Positions 1 to 8,394 of a stretch of DNA of 27,075 nt are shown piece by piece. The stretch covers positions 1 through 27,075 of the forward strand of contig JAYVBS010000213.1 in the NCBI GenBank assembly GCA_043750315.1, in the 5' to 3' direction. Position 1 is the stretch's first letter; every line of letters begins with the position of its first letter. The position numbers and the translations under genes are program-made. The stretch comes from Chitinophagaceae bacterium. Lineage in GTDB: Bacteria; Bacteroidota; Bacteroidia; Chitinophagales; Chitinophagaceae. The notes beneath the pieces are model-generated. The model was not told the DNA's origin. It did not search any database and saw only the letters and a list, made by a program, of their open reading frames with translations.

Positions 1-1903
1 TGAAGTTTACAGATTTTTCTGCATCTAATTTTGGCACACCAAGTAACCTTGCTTGTGAGCTTGTATTATTTACTAAACCTGAAATTTGAATTCCAGAACC
101 AGGTACAAAACCATATTTGGTGGTTTGCGTATAAATTTGATGTAAAGAAGGTGCTCTAAATCCTGTAGATACTGAACTTCTAAAAGTTAATTTATTATTC
201 GCTGTTTTATATCTGCTACTAATTTTCCAAACAAATGCATTTCCAAAATCACTATAGTTTTCTAAACGCATGGTTCCATTAATTAAAAATTGTTTGCTGA
301 TATCATAAGCCAAATCAACATATCCACCAAAGTTAGATCTTGTAGCTTTTAATGCATTTGGCTCAGGTGTTCCACTATAAGAATCTGTACCAGTACCAAC
401 ATAAGATGCAGTGTCTCCTTTAAAAATTTGATAGTTTTCTGCTCTAAACTCTGAACCAAAAGAAATTGTAAAATCGTTAGAAACAGCTTTAGACAAATCA
501 ATATTTCCTACTTGATGACTAAATGAATATCCACCAGGTCTGAAAGAAATTGGGCTAGCTGTACCCAAACTTCTATTTACTGAATTATTTACTGTATAAA
601 GTTGTCTATTGCCACCAACAGTTAAACTTAAATCAGATTTCCAACCATTTTTATCTGAACGAAATCCTAAAGTTCCATTATAATCGTTTAAATCTCCTTC
701 AAATGTAGGTTGATAACCAATATATGGTTGACCAGATGGGGTTAATAAACCATAATCTGTAGGTCTCCAATATGGTGTTCTATAATTAGCATAACTATTT
801 ACTTTTTTATAAACATATGCTGTATTAAAATAAACTTCACTATTTCCATCATCTAAAGGAATACCTGCATTCACTAAAAACTTTGCAGAAGTATTTTCTG
901 GTGATCCATTAATATTTCCAGCATCTGGTTTTTTTGCTAAGAATGAATTCACAGTAGCTAAACTAGCACCAAAATCACTTGCTTCACCATTAGCATCTAC
1001 AATTCCAGATCTGCTAGCTAAACTTACTTTTTGAAAAGCTAGATTATAGTTAATGTATCCTTTGCTACCAAAATTGGCACCATTGTTTACATTAAAACCA
1101 ACAGTTTGACCATCGCCTTTACTTGTAACACCTAAGTTTAAAGATGCAGATCCATATTGAAATCTATCTTTCAAAATTATATTCATAACTCCAGATATTG
1201 CATCAGAGCCATATTGTGCAGAAGCACCATCACGTAATATTTCCACTCTTTTAATAGCATCTGTTGGAATTGCAGATAAATCTGCACCAGTTTCTCCACG
1301 ACCTGGTGAAGTTTGAATATAAACTAATGAACTTAAATTTTTTCTCTTACCATTAATAAGTATTAATGTTCTACTTGGTCCCATATTTCTTAATTCATAG
1401 GGATCTAATAAAGCAGTAGCATCATTAACAGGTGTTTGTACTGTATTAAATGATGGTACTCTATATTGTAGAGCTTTATCAAATGTTACCTGACCTGTAC
1501 TTTTTAAATCACTGTTAGATAAAATATCAACAGGTAATGGCGTGTCTGTTAATGACCTTTTCGAGTTTCTGCTACCTACAGAAACAATCACATCTTCCAA
1601 ATTACTTTCTAAAGATCTTAAAGAAACAGATAAACTAGTTCTGCCATTTAAAGAAATAGTCATTGTTTCAAAACCAATAGAGCTAATTGAAAGTTTTGAA
1701 GAACTTGATGCATTAACTGAGAAGTTCCCATTTGCATCAGTAATGGTTCCAGTTTCTGTGCCTGAAATTTTTACAGAAGCTCCAACAATTGGTGAATTGT
1801 CAGCTGAGCTTCTTACTTTACCAGTAATGGTTTGAGCATATGTTGTTATTGTAAGAAAAATACAGGATACACTCAAAATTAATTTGAATAGTTTTGGTTT
1901 CAT
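1..1903 (-). CDS. TonB-dependent outer membrane receptor, N-terminal part (signal peptide, CarboxypepD_reg-like domain, plug, start of barrel); partial, continues past the left edge
   Basis: Not in the ORF track. Manual translation from ATG at 1903 gives MKPKLFKLILSVSCIFLTITTYAQTITGKVRSSADNSPIVGASVKISGTETGTITDANGNFS...LEDVIVSVGSRNSKRSLTDTPLPVDIL...RTLILINGKR...LSAIPTDAIKRVEILRDGASAQYGSDAISGVMNIILK, which contains the typical plug motifs. Confidence 0.93.
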   Translation of the reverse strand, partial: MKPKLFKLILSVSCIFLTITTYAQTITGKVRSSADNSPIVGASVKISGTETGTITDANGNFSVNASSSSKLSISSIGFETMTISLNGRTSLSVSLRSLESNLEDVIVSVGSRNSKRSLTDTPLPVDILSNSDLKSTGQVTFDKALQYRVPSFNTVQTPVNDATALLDPYELRNMGPSRTLILINGKRKNLSSLVYIQTSPGRGETGADLSAIPTDAIKRVEILRDGASAQYGSDAISGVMNIILKDRFQYGSASLNLGVTSKGDGQTVGFNVNNGANFGSKGYINYNLAFQKVSLASRSGIVDANGEASDFGASLATVNSFLAKKPDAGNINGSPENTSAKFLVNAGIPLDDGNSEVYFNTAYVYKKVNSYANYRTPYWRPTDYGLLTPSGQPYIGYQPTFEGDLNDYNGTLGFRSDKNGWKSDLSLTVGGNRQLYTVNNSVNRSLGTASPISFRPGGYSFSHQVGNIDLSKAVSNDFTISFGSEFRAENYQIFKGDTASYVGTGTDSYSGTPEPNALKATRSNFGGYVDLAYDISKQFLINGTMRLENYSDFGNAFVWKISSRYKTANNKLTFRSSVSTGFRAPSLHQIYTQTTKYGFVPGSGIQISGLVNNTSSQARLLGVPKLDAEKSVNF

Positions 1904-1988
1904 TGTTGTTAATTTTTTGTTAACACAATAATAAGTAGTTTAAACATCTAAACAAAAAAATGTTTTAATTAAATTTAATTTTAGTAAA

Positions 1989-2201
1989 TCAAAAGATAAT
2001 GGTTGATTCTGATTTTTTGAAACTCTTGTTCATGTGCACAAAAGCTTGATGAATTACTTTACCCCAAGTATTGCCTTGAAAGCTGTGCAAATCGCCATTT
2101 AACTTATGAATAATCGTCAGCTCGTACAAACCTTCTTCAAGCATGTTTACATCGAAAGTATAGAGTTGAAGTAAAAGAGGAATTTTGTTGCAAATTCGCA
2201 T
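1989..2201 (-). CDS. Small hypothetical protein (70 aa)
   Basis: Non-overlapping ORF co-oriented with its neighbours. The same frame continues upstream (..KNISLKKLD*ISMR) through a TAA, so it may be the 3' part of a longer disrupted gene. No family recognised. Confidence 0.45.
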   Translation of the reverse strand: MRICNKIPLLLQLYTFDVNMLEEGLYELTIIHKLNGDLHSFQGNTWGKVIHQAFVHMNKSFKKSESTIIF

Positions 2202-2307
2202 GGAAATTTAATCTAGTTTTTCAAAGATATATTTTTGAGCTCTGAAAAAACTTGAGTTTTAGACAGTAATACTATTGCTGAACTCTACAAAACTTAAGGA
2301 ATAAAAA

Positions 2308-2517
2308 TTACATTCCCCACCTGTCTGTTAATTTAGAACGCAATGCTGGTTTCTTTTGTCTTTGAATTTTCCAAAGATCAACTACACTAAAATTATGTGT
2401 ATGATCTTTATCCTTCATTTTAACATTTGTAGCAACTGTTTCTTTGGTTTCAGCTATTAATTTTTTCAATTCTTCTGATTCTATTTTAACTATAGAATTC
2501 TTTTCATTATTTTTCAT
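2308..2517 (-). CDS. Small hypothetical protein (~69 aa, likely start MKNNEK at 2517)
   Basis: Non-overlapping ORF with protein-like composition and an upstream TAnnTTTG element at 2651-2658. No function recognised. Confidence 0.6.
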   Translation of the reverse strand: MKNNEKNSIVKIESEELKKLIAETKETVATNVKMKDKDHTHNFSVVDLWKIQRQKKPALRSKLTDRWGM

Positions 2518-2650
2518 AATTATATCTCCTTTTTTGCTCTCCAATAAAATTTCTTGAGTAAGAATTTAATAAAGCAGAATTACTTTATTAATACAGAGAA
2601 CAAACTAATTTCAAATTTTTTAAGTGTATTAGCCACTTAAGATTGTTATG

Positions 2651-2658
2651 CAAAAGTA
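2651..2658 (-). promoter_or_regulatory. Putative Bacteroidota -7 promoter element (TACTTTTG)
   Basis: Plus-strand caaaagta matches the TAnnTTTG consensus on the minus strand, upstream of the 2308-2517 ORF. Confidence 0.4.
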
Positions 2659-3004
2659 CCTCATTTTTTGAAAAAATATATAAGAATTGTTAATGATTGT
2701 TATCATAAATTGAAAGACTTTACATTTTGCCGTTGTTGTGTCTTTTGACCAACAACGAATACATTAAATGCTGTTGGTGAAGAACAAAAACAAAGGCAAT
2801 GAATTTTTTATGTATGAAGTTGGTTAAGAACACCAAATGTAGAAAAAAATTGAAAACCCTACATTTAATAGATCAAAACATATTAAATTGGTAAATGTGT
2901 GAATAAAGTAACTCTTTAGAATAATTGTGTAATGTTTTTGGCAAAAATTGAATTCACCTTTGATCTGTTATAACAATACAGTTACAATATAAAATTATTA
3001 GAAA

Positions 3005-3262
3005 ATGAAAAAAACAAAAACAATTAAAAAAGAAAAGTTAGCCAATCCAAGTACTGAAAATAATAAAGGAATTGAAAACCACAAAAAAGCAGCTACTCAT
3101 TTTGCTGCTGCTGCAAAATGTCACTTAGATGCTGCAAAGCATCACGAGGATGGAAACCATGAAAAGGCTGCAAAATGTACCATAGAAGCTCATGGTCATG
3201 CTTGCATTGCAAAAGAAGCACAAAAAGAAGATGTTAAACACCATACCACTTCTAAAACCTAA
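3005..3262 (+). CDS. Small His/Ala/Lys-rich helical protein, putative metal-binding (85 aa)
   Basis: 10 His and 3 Cys in a HxxAAxHxxxAAKxHxxAAKHH...H pattern. AT-rich leader; no signal peptide seen. Confidence 0.8.
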   Translation: MKKTKTIKKEKLANPSTENNKGIENHKKAATHFAAAAKCHLDAAKHHEDGNHEKAAKCTIEAHGHACIAKEAQKEDVKHHTTSKT

Positions 3263-3338
3263 GATGATTATTTATTACTTAAACGCACTAAATAAAATTG
3301 TGCTTTTAAGTACTTTTTTTTATAAATCAAATGTTACT

Positions 3339-3770
3339 TCATGTCAAACACTTCAAACTGTGTCTTAAGTTAAATAAAAAATATTTAGGCAAGTGGTATG
3401 AGATTGTTCTTTTCAGTAATGTTTGGAAAAATGCTGAACCTATACCACTGCAGCATAAATACTAATCGATAAAGGTTTAATAATTGTAGAAAACAAATGT
3501 AACAAGAACAGCATCAACGGAAAAAAATCTTACATCAAAAGCAAAGCGTTTGGGGTTGAAAACTGCGACAACGTAAAACTAAACCTGCAATTGTTTTGGC
3601 CATTTAAAGTCAAATATTGGATTACTAATTTTGCCGATGATTATTATTTGAAGTAGTGGATCATCTCATCAAAAAATTCCAGTAGATACTTTCAAGAGCA
3701 TTTGAGATGGATGAAACCATCTATAAAGAAATCATTTATTGAATAAAAGAAAAAGATTTGCATTTCAAAA
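3339..3770 (+). pseudogene. blc: Decayed lipocalin (Blc-like) gene
   Basis: Frame at 3388 reads KKYLGKWYEI (lipocalin GxW motif). After a frameshift it reads IIVENKCNKNSINGKKSYIKSKAFGVENCDNVKLNLQLFWPFKVKYWITNFADDYY. Several stops and frameshifts; boundaries approximate. Confidence 0.75.
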
Positions 3771-3814
3771 ATTAAAATCTCCAAACAATAGTATAAATCA
3801 AATTAGAAATTAAA

Positions 3815-3970
3815 ATGATAAGAAAACTAAAAACAGGTTTTTATAGAATTTATTCCATAAAAATTAATCCAATCACAAACAAGAGAAGAAATTTAGGCAC
3901 GTTTAAAACTTTAGATGAAGCAAAAAATCACGAAAGACAAATAACATATTTTAAACATCTCAATCACTAA
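3815..3970 (+). CDS. Small basic protein (51 aa) MIRKLKTGFYRIYSIKINPITNKRRNLGTFKTLDEAKNHERQITYFKHLNH
   Basis: Below the ORF-track cutoff. ATG 3815 to TAA 3970, A-rich leader, 24 nt before the DJ-1 gene. The RRNLGTFxTxxEAxxHER pattern resembles a conserved small bacterial hypothetical family (from memory, not searched). Confidence 0.75.
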   Translation: MIRKLKTGFYRIYSIKINPITNKRRNLGTFKTLDEAKNHERQITYFKHLNH

Positions 3971-3994
3971 ATACTATACATAAAAACAAATAAA

Positions 3995-4684
3995 GTGAAA
4001 ATATTAATCGTATTAACATCACATAGTGCATTAGGAAATACAGGTGAAAAAACTGGTTTTTGGATAGAAGAATTCGCAACGCCTTATTACATTTTGGTTG
4101 ATGCTGGAGCAGATATCACCATTGCATCTCCAAAAGGTGGTCAGCCACCGGTTGATCCAAAAAGTGAGTTAGCAGATGCACAAAAACCTTCAACCGAAAG
4201 ATTTTATAAAGACAATATACTCATTGATAAAGTGGCATATTCCTTAAAATTAAGTGATATAAAGTATGATAATTATGATGCTGTTTTTTATCCTGGTGGT
4301 CATGGCCCATTATGGGATTTAGTAAATGATAAAGACTCTATTAAATTAATCGAGTCGTTTTACAATCATCAAAAGCCAATTGCTTTTGTGTGTCATGCAC
4401 CTGCTGCTTTAATTAATACAAAAGCAGAAAATGGACAACCACTTATCAAGGGCAAACATCTTACAAGTTTTTCAAATACAGAAGAAGAAGCAGTTAAATT
4501 AACAAGTGTAGTTCCGTTTTTATTAGAAGACGAACTCAAGAAAAATGGAGCACATTATACTAAAGGTAATGATTGGTCATCTTATGTTAAGCAAGATGGT
4601 TTATTAATTACAGGGCAAAATCCTGCTTCTTCTGATGCTGTTGCTAAACTGCTTCTACAAACTCTTAAAGGAGAAAAAAAATAA
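3995..4684 (+). CDS. DJ-1/PfpI/Hsp31-like type 1 glutamine amidotransferase domain protein (glyoxalase III/deglycase-like)
   Basis: Motifs GFWIEEFATPY, YDAVFYPGGHGPLWDL, nucleophile elbow VCHAP and LITGQNPAS. Confidence 0.93.
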   Translation: MKILIVLTSHSALGNTGEKTGFWIEEFATPYYILVDAGADITIASPKGGQPPVDPKSELADAQKPSTERFYKDNILIDKVAYSLKLSDIKYDNYDAVFYPGGHGPLWDLVNDKDSIKLIESFYNHQKPIAFVCHAPAALINTKAENGQPLIKGKHLTSFSNTEEEAVKLTSVVPFLLEDELKKNGAHYTKGNDWSSYVKQDGLLITGQNPASSDAVAKLLLQTLKGEKK

Positions 4685-4703
4685 AAATAACATCATCAAT
4701 AAA

Positions 4704-5417
4704 ATGGAAACAATAGCAGAACAAACCATTTCGATGCCAAGGTTAGGTGATAAAGCACCTGAATTTAAAGCCATAACAACACAAGGCGACATTAATTTTC
4801 CATCTGATTATAAAGGAAAATGGATTATATTATTTAGCCATCCTGCCGATTTTACTCCTGTTTGTACTTCTGAATTCATGACTTTCGCCAGTATGCAAAA
4901 CGAGTTTAATGCATTGAATACACAATTGGTGGGCTTATCTATTGATAGCTTATATAGTCACATAGCCTGGTTGCTTACTATTAAGGAAAAAATAGAATTT
5001 AAAGGTATGAAGAATATAGAAATTACTTTTCCTTTGATAGAAGACATATCAATGGAAGTAGCTAAAAAATATGGTATGATCCAACCTGGAGAAAGTACTA
5101 CTAAAGCAGTGAGAGCTGTTTTTTTTATTGACCCTAATGCTATGATAAGAGCAATGATTTTTTATCCGCTTTCTCTGGGAAGAAATTTTGAAGAGATAAA
5201 AAGAGTAATAATTGCACTGCAAACTGCTGATGCCTATAACATAGCAATACCTGCAGATTGGCAACCTAGCGACGATGTGATTTTACCAACAGCAGGTTCA
5301 TGTGGTGTTGCTAAAGATCGTATGGAAACTAGAGTAGAAGGCGTTACCTGTTATGATTGGTTCTTCTGCACAAAGCAATTGTCAATAGATCAAGTAAATA
5401 ATCTTAAAGCAATCTAA
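4704..5417 (+). CDS. Peroxiredoxin (AhpC/TSA family, Prx6-like subfamily)
   Basis: Peroxidatic motif FSHPADFTPVCTSE, VRAVFFIDP and C-terminal CYDWFFC. True start probably ATG 4704 (METIAEQ) rather than 4635. Confidence 0.93.
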   Translation: METIAEQTISMPRLGDKAPEFKAITTQGDINFPSDYKGKWIILFSHPADFTPVCTSEFMTFASMQNEFNALNTQLVGLSIDSLYSHIAWLLTIKEKIEFKGMKNIEITFPLIEDISMEVAKKYGMIQPGESTTKAVRAVFFIDPNAMIRAMIFYPLSLGRNFEEIKRVIIALQTADAYNIAIPADWQPSDDVILPTAGSCGVAKDRMETRVEGVTCYDWFFCTKQLSIDQVNNLKAI

Positions 5418-5440
5418 GTATAAAAAAAATCAACTTTGGG

Positions 5441-6451
5441 ATGAAACTATTTGTAAAAACTCTGTTGTCAGTATTCAAAAAATCTTTCTCTGATTTTATT
5501 GAAAAAAGAGTACTGCAATTAAGTGCTGCTCTGGCTTTTTACACTATTTTTTCATTACCAGCTATGCTGATAATTATAATTTATGTCAGCGATATTTTTT
5601 ATGGTAGGGAAGCTGTAGAAGGAACATTGTACCATCAGATTGCTGAATTTATTGGTTCAGAAGCAGCAATACAAATTCAACAAACTATACGTAGCTCTGC
5701 ACTTTCTAATAACAGTAATTTTGCTATGATAGTTGGCTTAATTGCGTTATTAATAGGAGCCACAAGTGTGTTTAGTGAAATTCAAGATTCAATTAATTAT
5801 ATCTGGAAGCTGAAAGCTAAACCTCGTAAAGGTAAAGGGTTACTTAAAATGATTATTAATAGGTTGCTATCATTTTCAATTGTAGTAAGTCTTGGATTTT
5901 TGTTGTTAGTATCGCTACTAATTAATGGAATGTTGGATGCACTTATCTATAAGCTTCCCCAAATTTTTCCAACAGTAACTGTTGTTGTTGCATACACTTT
6001 AAATATTGTGCTCACCTTTGGTGTAACAACTTTATTATTTGGTATGATATTCAAAATACTGCCAGATGCACACATACAATGGAAGCATGTAAGAATAGGA
6101 ACTTTTATGACCGCTGCACTTTTTATGGGTGGGAAATTCCTTATTGGCTATTATTTGGGACATAGTAAGCTTTCTTCTGTATATGGAACTGCAGGTTCTT
6201 CTATTGTTATGCTATTATGGGTATATTACTCTGCAATGATTTTATATTTTGGTGCTGTTTTTACACATGTATATGCTGTGCAAACAGGTTCAAATATATA
6301 TCCCAGTAGTTACGCTGTAAATATTGAAGAAATAGAAGTTGAGTCATTAGAAGCCATCCAGAAAGTTCCACAAAGCAAGATTGTAATAGAAGTTCCATTA
6401 AACGAGAATCTAAATATTTCTGATAAGGAAAAAAGTGAAAAAGAAATTTAA
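5441..6451 (+). CDS. YihY/virulence factor BrkB family inner membrane protein
   Basis: Motifs LSAALAFYTIFSLP, FSEIQDSINYIW and YGTAGSSIVMLLWVYYSAMILYFGA; multiple hydrophobic helices. Confidence 0.92.
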   Translation: MKLFVKTLLSVFKKSFSDFIEKRVLQLSAALAFYTIFSLPAMLIIIIYVSDIFYGREAVEGTLYHQIAEFIGSEAAIQIQQTIRSSALSNNSNFAMIVGLIALLIGATSVFSEIQDSINYIWKLKAKPRKGKGLLKMIINRLLSFSIVVSLGFLLLVSLLINGMLDALIYKLPQIFPTVTVVVAYTLNIVLTFGVTTLLFGMIFKILPDAHIQWKHVRIGTFMTAALFMGGKFLIGYYLGHSKLSSVYGTAGSSIVMLLWVYYSAMILYFGAVFTHVYAVQTGSNIYPSSYAVNIEEIEVESLEAIQKVPQSKIVIEVPLNENLNISDKEKSEKEI

Positions 6452-6507
6452 TTTTTCCCGCGTTTTACAAAAAATTGATATGATTGTATTTTATTAATTT
6501 CTGCACT

Positions 6508-6624
6508 TTAGCAAAAATGTAATAAGTCAAAAAAAACATCAAACAAATTTTCGTCTAATTCTCTTACAAGTTTTATCCCTGCAAATCCTCCTCCTACAAC
6601 AATAATTTTCTTTTTGGTATTCAT
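6508..6624 (-). pseudogene. ndh: Truncated NAD(P)/FAD-dependent oxidoreductase (type II NADH dehydrogenase-like), N-terminal 38 aa only
   Basis: Manual translation MNTKKKIIVVGGGFAGIKLVRELDENLFDVFFDLLHFC* contains the Rossmann FAD-binding GGGFAG motif, then degenerates and stops. Starts 27 nt after the ferritin stop. Confidence 0.7.
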
Positions 6625-6651
6625 AGTATCCGAAAATATGTTACTCAAAAT

Positions 6652-7203
6652 TTAAGGATTTTCAGTTGTGACATCCTGTGCAGGTCTCACTTCATCAGTT
6701 GTTTTTTCCATATCTCTGTCAAATGAATATAAAGCATTACTACTCATTTTTTCACCTCCAGCTATTTTCATTTTATCCAGTAAGTTCATTGCAAGAGTTT
6801 CTTCTTCCACTTGCTCTTTTACAAACCATTGCATAAAGTTCCAAGTTGCCCAGTCTTCTTCAACTTGGCTCATTTTAGCCAGTCTGTAAACTGCTTCTGT
6901 ATTATCCACTTCGTGACCAAATATTTTTTCAAAGCAGTTGTTTAAACTCACAGGATTTTCTGGGGGAGCAGGGACAGCTGTTACTTCTACTTCAGCTCCT
7001 CTGTTTAAAATGTATTCTAATATTTTCATCATGTGGTTCCGTTCCTCATGTGCATGTTTAAAAAGAAAATTGGCTATACCACCGAATCCTTGTCTGCCAG
7101 CCCATGCTGCATAAGACAAATATATTTGCGAAGCATGTGCTTCTTTTGTCATTTGTGTATTCAATGCAGCTGTTATAGTTTTTGAAAGTCTGTTTGTGTT
7201 CAT
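6652..7203 (-). CDS. ftnA: Non-heme ferritin
   Basis: Ferroxidase-centre pattern: QMTKEAHASQIYLS, HAHEERNHMMKI, HEVDNT and FMQWFVKEQVEEE. Confidence 0.9.
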   Translation of the reverse strand: MNTNRLSKTITAALNTQMTKEAHASQIYLSYAAWAGRQGFGGIANFLFKHAHEERNHMMKILEYILNRGAEVEVTAVPAPPENPVSLNNCFEKIFGHEVDNTEAVYRLAKMSQVEEDWATWNFMQWFVKEQVEEETLAMNLLDKMKIAGGEKMSSNALYSFDRDMEKTTDEVRPAQDVTTENP

Positions 7204-7227
7204 TTGATTTTTTATTTAATGTTTTAT

Positions 7228-7896
7228 TTAAAATGATTCTTTAACAATTGATTTTTTTTCAACTTGCAAATCGGCTAATTCTTTTTCTATTGCTTTCATC
7301 ATTGGTGGTGGACCACAGAGATAAAAGAATTTATTAGTTCCGCCACTGTTTGCTTTAATAAAGTCTGAAGTTATTTGTCCATTCGAATATCCTTTCACTT
7401 TTTCATCAGATAAAATGTTGATGAAATTATCCCCTAATAATTTTTTAAATTCCTTTTCAAGTATGATATCTTCCTTTTTTTTGTTTGCAAAGATTAGTTT
7501 GTTATTTCCGATTTCATTCTTCGATTCTAGAAATCTGAAAATGGAAATAAAAGGTGTAACGCCTGCACCTCCAGCAATAAATACACCTTCGCCTTTGTAA
7601 CTAATAGCACCAAACACATCATGTAAAATCAGCTCATCACTTATTTTCAAATGCAGTAATTCATTAGTAACACTTTTGTGTGAAGGATATGTTTTTATAG
7701 TAAACTCAAGGTAGTCAACTTCAGGTAAACATGTAAAAGTGAAAGGGCTTTTCTTCTCTTTCCAATTATTTTTATTTATCGAAATTTTTGTAGCTTGTCC
7801 TGGTGTAAAGTTGTACTCCATGGGCTTATCAGTAACTACTTTCAATACATCATGAGTAACCTTTTCTATTAATTTTATTTTTACAATATGTTTCAT
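7228..7896 (-). CDS. FAD-binding oxidoreductase, ferredoxin-NADP+ reductase (FNR)-like
   Basis: Motifs FTPGQA, PFTFT, FIAGGAGVTPF and FYLCGPPPMM. Confidence 0.9.
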   Translation of the reverse strand: MKHIVKIKLIEKVTHDVLKVVTDKPMEYNFTPGQATKISINKNNWKEKKSPFTFTCLPEVDYLEFTIKTYPSHKSVTNELLHLKISDELILHDVFGAISYKGEGVFIAGGAGVTPFISIFRFLESKNEIGNNKLIFANKKKEDIILEKEFKKLLGDNFINILSDEKVKGYSNGQITSDFIKANSGGTNKFFYLCGPPPMMKAIEKELADLQVEKKSIVKESF

Positions 7897-7901
7897 AAAT
7901 T

Positions 7902-8393
7902 TCAGATTTTTAATGCCAGATTTTCTTCTTTAATTCTTATAGTCAACATCATTGCATTCAATAAGGAAAAAATGATTGCTGTGTAATACAAATGAAATGC
8001 CAGAGGAATTAATGCAATTTCTAAAATAACAATTAAGTAGTTGGGATGTTTGAAATATTTATATGCTCCTTTTTTTATTGATGGAATACTATTAATTCTA
8101 TAAATTTTTGTATTCCAGAATTTTCCAAGCGATAAAATAATCCATGCTTTAAAAGCAAGAAGTATAAAATAAAATGCAAGAATAAATAAACTAAACGTTG
8201 GAGTTTGTTGAGCTGAGTACTCAATTATTAGTGAAAGAAAAAATAAAACATGAAGTGCTACAATAAAGGGATAATGCTTTTTTCCATATTCCACAGCACC
8301 ATTTTGCAGCAACCATTTTTCATTTCTTTTTGAAAGAAGCAATTCTCCAATACGAAGAAGAATTAAAAACGAAATAAAGAGAAAGAATATCAT
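7902..8393 (-). CDS. Isoprenylcysteine carboxyl methyltransferase (ICMT) family protein, BpsB/SrsB-like
   Basis: Motifs GAVEYGKKHY, LGKFWNTKI, GAYKYFKHPNY and IRIKEENLAL. Likely start ATG 8393, 1 nt after the PKS stop. Confidence 0.9.
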   Translation of the reverse strand: MIFFLFISFLILLRIGELLLSKRNEKWLLQNGAVEYGKKHYPFIVALHVLFFLSLIIEYSAQQTPTFSLFILAFYFILLAFKAWIILSLGKFWNTKIYRINSIPSIKKGAYKYFKHPNYLIVILEIALIPLAFHLYYTAIIFSLLNAMMLTIRIKEENLALKI

Positions 8394-8394
8394 T

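Noticed and set aside
1542-1835. 97-aa plus-strand ORF in the track
   Set aside because: Antisense shadow of the TonB-dependent receptor, which has clear motifs on the minus strand.
3280-3320. Terminator after the His-rich gene
   Set aside because: Only a 4-bp GCAC/GTGC core with a long loop; too weak.
4635-4703. N-terminal extension of the peroxiredoxin ORF
   Set aside because: Overlaps the DJ-1 gene end and is low-complexity; ATG 4704 after an A-rich spacer fits better.
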